Assembly (NCBI RefSeq): GCF_011745625.1
Contig: NW_027191463.1
Span: forward strand, 124,001 to 188,000
From: Cladosporium halotolerans
Lineage: Eukaryota
Direction: 5' to 3'
Length of the DNA stretch: 64,000 nucleotides
The position numbers were made by a program, and so were the translations under genes. The stretch's first letter is position 1; each line of letters begins with the position of its first letter. Under the pieces are notes generated by a model. That model made no database searches. It was not told the DNA's origin and saw only the letters and a list, made by a program, of their open reading frames with translations. Below, in pieces: positions 11,149 through 20,232 of this stretch.

Positions 11149-13911
11149 ATGCGCGCCGACGTGCCACTCTTTGCTTCCCTTCTGGCGGCCTCGGCCGCCG
11201 CCCAGAACGTCACGGGCTCTTACAACTCCTCCTCTTCCGTCGACAACTCCTACTCCAAGAACAACAACGCCAAGATCGTCGCTGAGCTCGAGGCCGAGGT
11301 CGCCGCTCTCCACAAGCAGATCGACTCCGCCAAGCAGCAGACCTGCGACGCTCCCGCCAGCCCCGTCGCTGGTGGCTCTGGCTCCGGCTCTGGCTCTGGC
11401 AACGGCGCTTCTTCGCCCGCTGGATACTCTGCCCCCGTCAACCCGGCTGGCTCCCAGGCCACTGCCGCGTCTGGCGAGGACAACACCCACAGCGGTGCTG
11501 ACTCCAAGGCGCCCGCTGCTGGCTCCCCGGCTGGCTACACTGGCTCCAACCAGGGCTCTTCCAACAACGGTGGCTCGCCTGCCGCTCCCGCCTCGGGCTC
11601 TGACAAGCCTGCCGGCTACTCCAGCGACGACTCCTCTGCTCCCTCTTCTGGCTCTGACAAGCCCGCTGAGTACTCCGGCGAGGGCTCCAACTCCGGCTCC
11701 AGCTCCGGCTCTTCCGACTCCGGCGACGTCAAGAACTACGGCGAGTACTACGCTCCCAACGCGCCCACCTCTGGTGCCAAGTCCACCTCCACTGTCACTG
11801 TTATTGTGACTGCTGGCCAGACTGAGACTGCCCACCTGACCAAGACTGCCACCGTCACTGACGCTGCGGAGTCCGCGTCTGAGACTGGCGACGTTGAGAT
11901 CGTCACCGCAACTGAAACATACTGCGGCAAGGGCCCGATCCCCTCGGCCCCTGTCTCTAGCGCCGGCTCGGGTAGCAACGGCAACGTTGGCAAGGCTTCT
12001 TCTGCTCTTTCCAGCGTTCTCTCTTCTGCCATCCCCAGCTACGGTTCTTCTGAGGGTGTCATCAGCTCCACCCGCGGTTACTTCACCAACGGCACCCACG
12101 TTCCTTACCCTACCGGCGCCTCTTCTGGCCTGCAGACCACCACCCGTGGTGCCTCCGACACTCTTTTCACCTCCAGCAGCGTCGCTGTCAACCCCGCCGG
12201 CAACTCTACCACTTCCGCTTTCCAGACCGGCGTCGTCCCGACTGGCACTGGCGTCTCTTCTTCTGCGTCTGCTACTGCCACCGCTGCCGTCGAGATGTCT
12301 GACTGCGCTACCTTCTGCGAGTCCCTCGACTCCTTCAACGGCTGGGATGTTACCCCTCTCACCTGCACCCAGCACACCGCTGGCACCCAGGTCAGCTCTC
12401 CGTCCGGCCAGTCTAGCGTCGGCTGCGCTGCTTCCTTCACTCCTCAGGTCGACCTTTGCCAGGTCACCATGAACATCAAGACCAGCGGCACTGCCGAGAC
12501 CTACGTCGAGGTCTGGCTCCCCAACGCCAACGAGACTTCCTGGAACGGTCGCTCGATGAACACGGACAACGGTGGCCTCAACGGCTGCATCCACTACGTC
12601 GACATGCAGTACGTCACCGGTATGGGCTTCGCCGCCATTGGTGACAACGCTGGCCACAACGGCAGCTCTTTCGACGGCACCTGGACCCTGAACAACAACG
12701 AGGCCATCATCGACTGGTCTTACCGCTCCCGTCACGCCGCCGTCGAGGTCGGCAAGGAGACCATCGACCAGTTCTACAACAAGGCTGCGGACTACTCTTA
12801 CTACGTCGGCTGCTCTGCCGGTGGCGCCCAGGGTATCCAGTCCGCCGAGAAGTTCCCCAACGACTTTGACGGTATCATCTCCGGTGCTGCTGCCAACGAC
12901 TTCAACCACCTCCAGGGCTGGTCTGCCACTTTCCGCAAGATCACTGGCTCCACTTCCAACGACACCTTCCTCACCTCCGATGATTGGGTCTTCGTCCAGA
13001 GCTACATCCTCGACCAGTGCGACGAGGCTCTTGACGGCGTTGCTGACGGTATCATTGAGGACCCCACCCGCTGCGAGTTCGACGCCTCTGTGATCCCCGT
13101 CTGCTCTGGTGATGCCACCGACAACTGCCTTACTGCCACTCAGATCCAGACTGTCGAGGACGTTTTCAAGCCCCTCTACGACACCGAGGGCAACCTGATC
13201 TACCCCGCTCTCCTTTACGGTGCCCAGGTCGACGCTTTCAAGCTTGGTCTGCTCAACGGTGGCATCCAGGGTATTGCCCAGGACTGGTTCCGCGGTGCCG
13301 TCTTCAACGACTCCAGCTTCGACATCACCACCATCACTGATGAGGATATCGCCCTCGGTGTCTCCCAGGACGACCTCCACGGCAACCCCTCCGCCTTCTC
13401 CGCCGAGCTCGGTGAGTTCAACGCCGCCGGAAAGAAGCTCATGGTCTACCACGGTATGGCCGACCCCATGACCTCCGGCGGCAACTCCCAGCGCTACTAC
13501 CTCAAGGTCGCCCAGAAGCTCGGCCTCTCCAACACCGAGATCGACGAGTTCATGCGCTTCTTCCGTATCTCCGGTATGGCCCACTGCGGTGTCGGCGGTA
13601 TCTCCGGCGCCGGTGCCTGGATGTTCGGCCAGAACGGCGCCGCCTCCGCCGCCTCTAACAACATCGTCTCCAACCTCGTCGACTGGGTCGAGAACGGCAA
13701 CGCCCCGGACACCCTCCGCGGCACCAAGTTCTGGTACGACACCCCCTCCATGGGCGTCATGTTCGAGCGCGACCACTGCCGCTTCCCCTACCGCACCACC
13801 TACAAGAGCGGTGACTCCACCCTCCCGGAGTCCTGGGGCTGCGAGATGATCGAGAACTGGCAGGACTGCGCCGACAAGTACTGCAACGCCGACGGCCAGA
13901 CTTTCACTTAA
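11149..13911 (+). CDS. Secreted tannase/feruloyl esterase with ~380-aa N-terminal extension, 920 aa
   Basis: Signal peptide; EVWLP..WNGR, GCSAGG (catalytic Ser), FPNDFDGII, CDEALDGVADGIIEDP..C, YHGMADP (Asp) and FFRISGMAHC (His) give the CS-D-HC tannase-family signature. No introns. Confidence 0.93.
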   Translation: MRADVPLFASLLAASAAAQNVTGSYNSSSSVDNSYSKNNNAKIVAELEAEVAALHKQIDSAKQQTCDAPASPVAGGSGSGSGSGNGASSPAGYSAPVNPAGSQATAASGEDNTHSGADSKAPAAGSPAGYTGSNQGSSNNGGSPAAPASGSDKPAGYSSDDSSAPSSGSDKPAEYSGEGSNSGSSSGSSDSGDVKNYGEYYAPNAPTSGAKSTSTVTVIVTAGQTETAHLTKTATVTDAAESASETGDVEIVTATETYCGKGPIPSAPVSSAGSGSNGNVGKASSALSSVLSSAIPSYGSSEGVISSTRGYFTNGTHVPYPTGASSGLQTTTRGASDTLFTSSSVAVNPAGNSTTSAFQTGVVPTGTGVSSSASATATAAVEMSDCATFCESLDSFNGWDVTPLTCTQHTAGTQVSSPSGQSSVGCAASFTPQVDLCQVTMNIKTSGTAETYVEVWLPNANETSWNGRSMNTDNGGLNGCIHYVDMQYVTGMGFAAIGDNAGHNGSSFDGTWTLNNNEAIIDWSYRSRHAAVEVGKETIDQFYNKAADYSYYVGCSAGGAQGIQSAEKFPNDFDGIISGAAANDFNHLQGWSATFRKITGSTSNDTFLTSDDWVFVQSYILDQCDEALDGVADGIIEDPTRCEFDASVIPVCSGDATDNCLTATQIQTVEDVFKPLYDTEGNLIYPALLYGAQVDAFKLGLLNGGIQGIAQDWFRGAVFNDSSFDITTITDEDIALGVSQDDLHGNPSAFSAELGEFNAAGKKLMVYHGMADPMTSGGNSQRYYLKVAQKLGLSNTEIDEFMRFFRISGMAHCGVGGISGAGAWMFGQNGAASAASNNIVSNLVDWVENGNAPDTLRGTKFWYDTPSMGVMFERDHCRFPYRTTYKSGDSTLPESWGCEMIENWQDCADKYCNADGQTFT

Positions 13912-14940
13912 GCGTATGTGCTTGAGTTGAGAGCGCTTGTCACGAAATGATACGCACACTGTCTGTTTCGCGTTTTGCACGACAAAAGGAAAAGAAAATC
14001 CACAGCGGCAGTTCCAGCACTGCTTCGCGGGGGGAGGAAGAGAACGAAAACCCCAACCACGACCACAGTCGGTCAGGACTATTTTCCTTTTCTTTTTGGC
14101 CTCTCTCTCGTAGCACTGCTTTGCCTGCTACTCTTTTTTTCCTTTTGGACAACTTGTCGACAACATTTTCTTTTCTCTGATCTAAACTTTCCTTTTTTTC
14201 CTTGTCTCTCTTTCTCTTCTTCTCTAGTGTACAATTTACTATAGATCGCCCTAGAATCTTTAGCAAGATACGCTACATACTTTGAACTACACAGATGCTG
14301 TATACGATATGGTGGAACGAATCTACTTTCATGACCTCTGTATGCAGTGAATCAATCGTGCAACTTCGGCGTTGTCTCTCCGCTGACATCCAGTGGGTGA
14401 GGTAGGCTTGCTTGCTGCTGACCGCGCGAAACCCTCGGACATGAGGTCGCGACTTTGGCTTCTTTCCAATACATACCCACGGACTCTACTTGTGTCGCTG
14501 GACTTGGACGCACTCGACTCCGCTACTCGACGTCCCGATTTGACCGCTCCGGAGGCTCGGTCAGGGACGTTCCACGGCTCTGCCTGCTGCCAGCGACACA
14601 GACTTGGACGTTTTCTCTCTGGCCTTGGGAGAGAGGGTCAGGAATCCGTCGACTTCCGCGCGTTGGATCCGATACACGATTGACACGATCGACGGCTGTC
14701 GAGGCGGGTTCTGTTCTGGCCTCTCCGTCGCAGGCGTCGGCTTGCTGAAGGAGAGTCCGGTAGCCCGCGCGCACGCTTGCCTTTCTGACTACATTACTGT
14801 ACTGTAAACTGACCGGCACGGATTCAAGCATTGTGCTGTGCTGCGCTCAGACGATTCGCATCCAAACGTCTCCCATGCAGTTCGTTCTACCCACGCATCT
14901 ATCTACCCACCAGCAAACGCGACCCTCAATTCATCACCCT

Positions 14941-16962
14941 TCAACCCCCAATCCCATCCCAAACCCTCCCCCACGCGACCTCCGTCCCCCCCTCCCCCTC
15001 CTCCCCCTCGCTGTCCTCAGCGTAAAACCGCACCCCCACATTCCCCTCGCAGCCCTCGTACAACCGCGCGCTCAGCGCCGTCCGCCCGTTGACGAACACT
15101 TCTAGCACCGAGTTGTCGCGCCACGCGCGGATGTGCAGGGGCTCGGTGGAGAGGGCGCCGGTGCGCGGGTGGCGGGTTGTGAAGAGGGTGTGCGGGGCGA
15201 GGGTCGGGGCGGTGTTGATTTGTGATGGGGTGGAGATGGAGGATGGAGGGGTGAGGGTTAGGAGTTCGGAGGCGGGCGCGAAGGAGAGGGTTGTTGTTTT
15301 GGGGTGTGTGGGGTCTGCTGCGTGTGTCAGTCAGTCTTTGCTCGGAATGGATGGATGGATGGATGTTGGGAATGGGGACAAACGTACCGCTCGAAGAATG
15401 CACGATCTGCACCCCGACCTCCCTGCACGTCTTCGCGAGCTGGAACCCGACGTCGAGCTCCCACGCCGTAGTCCGCACGTCGAACGCCAGCCCGCCTCCG
15501 TCTCGCCCCGGCAGCGCAGTGCCCGACGTTTTCGCGCTGGTCGCCGCCCTCGCGCTCCGCCGCAGCTTCTCGACGGCTTCGCGTACGGGCTCGCTCGCGA
15601 GCGTCCGCACCGTGTGCGCTCCTTGCCCGTCAGGCTGCGCTTCGACCGAAGTGATGCCCTTCAGATCCGAGCTCCAAGCGCCCACCACGTTCCTTATCGT
15701 CTGAAGGTGGATTTCTCGCGGCAGCGACAACATCCCGCTCCACCCCTGCTCGCGCCGCAGCTCGTCGCAAAGGTCCTCCTCCGTGATCCAGCCCCAGACG
15801 ACGTGCTTGCGCAGCCTGGGGCAGAAGAAGGAGTTGGCGGCGTAGAAGGCGCCGTGGTCGAGGTGGGAGCCGAAGGCGAAGGGCATTGTTACTGGACTTG
15901 AGGAATTGGAAGGGGAGGAAGGGGTCAGGGGGCCGGACATCCAGAGTTGGTTGCGGGCGGGGCGGGTTGGGGTCGTGGAGGTGGAGGAGGGGGAGAGGGC
16001 GGAGGGCAGGCAGCCTTCGGTGCCCATTATGAGGAACTCGCGGGAGAAGGAGGGGTCAGAGGGGTCGGAGAGGGTCGCGAAGTTGGTTACTTCCCAGTTG
16101 ACGCCTAGGTCGCCGGACCACTTTGAGGGGCGGAAGTTGAGGCCGAAGTTCACGAGGGGCCCGACGTAGGTCCATTTGGTGGGGTCAGCGGCTTCGATGC
16201 TGTACAGGAAGGTGGTGGGCGTGACGTCGCGGATACCGCCGGAGATGATGCCGAAGAGGGTTGTTTCGGCGTCGAGGTTCAGGGCGGCGGCCATCGAGGG
16301 CCAGGCACTGACGAAGGGGTCGCGGAAGCCGGTGACTTCGAGGTTGGGGGGTTCGCTGGGCAGGATGGGGTTGGACGCGTACTTTTGCCAGGTGAGGCCG
16401 TTGTCGTGGGATTTGGCCATGCTGAGGGATTCGCTGCCTTTGACGTGCGGCAGGGTGTGGTGGATGGGGAGGGCGCCGATGGAGGTGTAGACGTAGGTCA
16501 GGGAGCCGTCGCGGGTGGGCACGTTGCAGCCGGTGAAGACGCCTTTGCCGTCGTAGGGTGTGTCTGGCACCAGGGTGGGTTTGTGCTTGATGTCCCATGA
16601 GACGAGGTCGGGTGAAGTTGCGGTTCGCCACGAGATCTCGCCCCAGTCTGCGTTGGTGAGGTCGAGGCTTGATTGGTATGAGACGTGATAGAGGCCTGTC
16701 GCTGGGTTGTAGTGGGGAGCACATGGATCCTGGAAAGGGTGAGTCTGTGTCTTTGGGAGGTAACTGTGATGTGAATACTAACGTTCATCCATCCTGAAGG
16801 AGCTTGGAGGTGGTATGATGGTCTCCATCGTTGGAAGGCTGACTTTGATGCTCCTGATGGTTTTGTCTCGAATTCTTGAGAAGACGAGAGGCTTGTGATG
16901 TTGGTGGACCCTGATGAGTTGCTCGGACTGCGAGACATCTCTCTCGAGCTTGTGTCGCTCAT
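14941..16962 (-). CDS. Intracellular GH32 beta-fructofuranosidase (invertase/SucB-like)
   Basis: Splicing intron 16730-16782 gives the WMNDP nucleophile motif. FTG, FRDP, WEV, YAANSF and LSLPRE motifs follow. A second intron near 15317-15386 restores the C-terminal DNSVLEVFVN..SARLY, with TGA at 14941-14943. No signal peptide. Confidence 0.9.
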
Positions 16963-17560
16963 TGTGCCGGGTGTTTGAAGGTAGAATCAACCAATTTGTG
17001 CTGTACCGTCAAGACTTGCAAGCTGAAATGGAAGCAGATGAGAGAACAAGAGAATCGACGGGATGTTTTCGATAACTGACCGAAGGAAAGGTGCAGATAG
17101 CGTTTCATATTCTTCAAGCTGCCACGACATGCCGCGATCTGACCGAGCCTAGTCTTGACCAACATTTTCCACGCGTCCCCGCGTCCGGAGTAACACCTTC
17201 GGCGCTATTATTCTCTTGGTACGAGATAGCAGTTGGAATCCGGGGATACGATCTAGCCTCCGGTAATAGAGTTCATCCGGACATTCAGTCCGGCGAAACC
17301 TGCCGTTTTCGCAACATCCTCTCCGTTCCCCAGCACGCCTCCGCACAATCCCCATGCATCTGCTCCGGTCCCCAGACACTCTCTCCAGGTTATCCCGCAA
17401 AGACTATCTGGGAGACAATGCGGTATATCTTCAGCGATCTGCCGCCATGTGGTCTGAACTCCACAGCAGCATCAAGTCGATCAATCTCCACTCATCACTC
17501 ATTCACTTCCAACCCTCACCTCAGAACGGCCTTTGCCCTTGAGGCTTCGCGCTCACCACA

Positions 17561-19234
17561 ATGACTTCCAACAACACCAAGCAGTCTGTCGACGCTGAAA
17601 TGTCTTCAGTCGACAAGAAAGACATCGTTCACCTTGAGACCACTTCAATGGACTCCCAAACGAAGGAGGAAGTCCGTCAGGTCACCAACTTGACCGCGAA
17701 GGAACAGTATGCCAAACTTGGCGCAGCAATCAAGGCCGACAAGCGCTTCGTCTGGTGGACCTTCTATGTCATGCTCCTTGTCTTCAGCTGGGGCTACGAT
17801 GCTGGTCTATCAGGTGTTGCCATCGCCTTCCCTGAATTCAGAGAATACTACGGCAACTACTATGCCGACGGCAGCCAATGGGTCATTCCAGCTCTTTGGC
17901 AGTCTCTCTGGAACGCAGCTTCGACCATTGGCCAAGTCTTCGGTGGCTACGCCGCTGGCCAGTTCGCCGATGTTACTGGCCGCAAGCCCCTGCTTTACCA
18001 TGCTGTCGTCCTGTCCTTGGCTTCATCTTTCGCCCTGGTCTTCGCCCCCAACCTTCCAGTCCTCTTCGTCTCTAAGCTCTTGCTCGGATTGTCTGTCGGC
18101 CTTTCCACTGCCACGCCTCCTCTCTACGTCACCGAGAATGCCCCCGCAAACCTCCGCAGCACCGCATCGTCGTTGACCAACATCATCATCGTCTTCGGCT
18201 TCTTTGCCTCGTCCATGACTGGCTTCGGTGCTTCCAAGATCGCCGGCGAATGGTCCTTCCGACTTGCTTTCTGCATGACCTTCGCTATGCCAACCATCTT
18301 CCTCGTCGGCCTGCCGTTCTTTCCGGAAAGCCCCGTCTGGTACATGAAAAAAGGTCGCGAAGCCGATGCACGCAAGGCTATTATTAAGCTCTTCGGTGTC
18401 GATACTGATGTTGATGAGCGCATTGACATTATTAAGACCGAGCTCAAGCAGGCTGAGGCTGAGGAGAACGGCAAGAGCCAAACCAGCTGGAGCGCCATTT
18501 TCTCGAAAGAAAACCGCACCCGCACCTTCGTCTCCGTCCTTGGCCTCCAATCTCAGAACTTCTCTGGCGGTTACTTTGCTAACACGTATCAAACTTATTA
18601 CTTTGAGCTTATTGGGCAAAAGGATCCTTTTGCGTTGACCGCGGTATCGTCGACATTGCAGTTGTTGGCCAACTTCGTCGCGGTATTGCTTGCCGACGTT
18701 GTGCCGAGACGCAAGGGAGTCATCGGAGGCGGCACGATCCTCATGTTCTGGTCCGTCATCATTGCCGGAACCTCAATGGCTGGTACGGATAACATCGCCG
18801 CCAACACCGCCCTGCTGGCCTTCATGATCACCTGGTCCATGCTCTACACCGGAACCGTCGGCTGCTACGGCTGGGCCGTGGCCCAGGAGACCGCCTCGCA
18901 GGCCACCAGGCCCAAGACGATCTCCTTCACGCTCATCTGCCAGCAGCTCACCGCGCTGATGCTGTCCTCCGTCTTCCCCTACTTCATCAACCCCGATCAG
19001 CTCAACTGGGGCGGAAAGATCATGTTCCTGTTCGTCGGCGCGGAGCTTTTCATCATGACCGCTCTGTGGTTCTTCCAGCCCGAGACCAAGAACAGGAGCT
19101 ATGCGGACATTGAGATCTTGTACGCTGCTGGCATTCCCCCTCGCCAGTTCAAGAACTTTGCCGTTGTTGATGGCCAGGTGATTGAGAGGGAGCAGAAGGA
19201 CGGTTTCCTTAGCCGCTTCTCTAGGAAGGCGTAG
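17561..19234 (+). CDS. MFS sugar porter, maltose/alpha-glucoside (sucrose) permease-like
   Basis: 557 aa; GYDAG, GRKPLL, YVTENAPANLR, PESP, PETKNRSYADIEIL and IPPRQFK motifs; 12-TM pattern. Confidence 0.92.
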   Translation: MTSNNTKQSVDAEMSSVDKKDIVHLETTSMDSQTKEEVRQVTNLTAKEQYAKLGAAIKADKRFVWWTFYVMLLVFSWGYDAGLSGVAIAFPEFREYYGNYYADGSQWVIPALWQSLWNAASTIGQVFGGYAAGQFADVTGRKPLLYHAVVLSLASSFALVFAPNLPVLFVSKLLLGLSVGLSTATPPLYVTENAPANLRSTASSLTNIIIVFGFFASSMTGFGASKIAGEWSFRLAFCMTFAMPTIFLVGLPFFPESPVWYMKKGREADARKAIIKLFGVDTDVDERIDIIKTELKQAEAEENGKSQTSWSAIFSKENRTRTFVSVLGLQSQNFSGGYFANTYQTYYFELIGQKDPFALTAVSSTLQLLANFVAVLLADVVPRRKGVIGGGTILMFWSVIIAGTSMAGTDNIAANTALLAFMITWSMLYTGTVGCYGWAVAQETASQATRPKTISFTLICQQLTALMLSSVFPYFINPDQLNWGGKIMFLFVGAELFIMTALWFFQPETKNRSYADIEILYAAGIPPRQFKNFAVVDGQVIEREQKDGFLSRFSRKA

Positions 19235-20232
19235 GGGATTGAAGGGAACGATCGAACTCCCGGAACACGTGCGATTCTACTTTTACTCGTTCCAGCATAG
19301 CGATGGTTATTGAGATTTGGTCTTTGATGTGTACATATCGAATGCTAAAATACTTCATTCACACTTCACTTCGCATCTCACTTCCCTTCATCTATGTTCA
19401 CTTTACGCATCTCGTTTCGACGACATGGTCCGTCTCATGGTCTGATGACAACTTTCACAGAAACAATGGCGAATCTTGGTACTTGACTGCGCTTACATAC
19501 ATTTGTGTTCCAAATACGTATATGTTCCTCTTCTTTGCACTCCTCTGATGGATGGCCACTTTGCTAAAATAGATTGCATTACAATTAATCAGAGACGATA
19601 CTCAGTTTGATCGTTGACTGGGATCCTTCTCACAATAAACATTGGACGACGTGAGAACATGTAGTTCATTGCCGTATCTGTTCTCTTCTTATCTCTGAAG
19701 ATACATCTTGTCAACACTATGTTGCAAAGGGAAGACTACTCCGTTCACAATGTGCTTTTGCCCAAAGCGTTTCTTCGCAAGACGTCTCGTCAAGATTGAC
19801 AAGAAGCATCCTCAAACATTTCCGAAGAGACCATCGACCGCACGTGACGCTCTTGATCATCAACGACGAGATCGCCATCGATGATCCACGCTACCGGCTT
19901 GGCCTCGTGGTCAGCGGTGGCGGTTGGGGTCCGGGGAGATGTGTGTGGGGCTGTTGCGGGGCTCCGGGCATGTGCTCTGGAGAAACTGACCATATTGGGA
20001 ATACTCCGTCCGGGCTAGTCAAATGGGGAAATACCTTTTGGCAACCATTGATCGAGAGCAACACCGAGAGAAACACCGTTTGCGACAGTTGTGGGCACAT
20101 GCAAGTGTGTATGAGCTGAGGTGGGGATTCGAAGCACCATAAGTCGCTCGCAAAGCCGTGAGGAACCACTTTGCACCCCTCATCTCTCTCGTTCTTACTC
20201 GTCCAACCTTTCCTACTCACCACCCGCATTCC

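Noticed and set aside
11029..13980. 983-aa minus-strand ORF antisense to the tannase
   Set aside because: Shadow ORF: strong C-ending codon bias on the sense strand removes antisense stops, and the translation has no recognisable motifs.
15017..15390. C-terminus of the 517-aa GH32 ORF as given in the ORF track
   Set aside because: It reads through an intron into the wrong frame. The conserved SVLEVFVN motif is in another frame ending at 14941.
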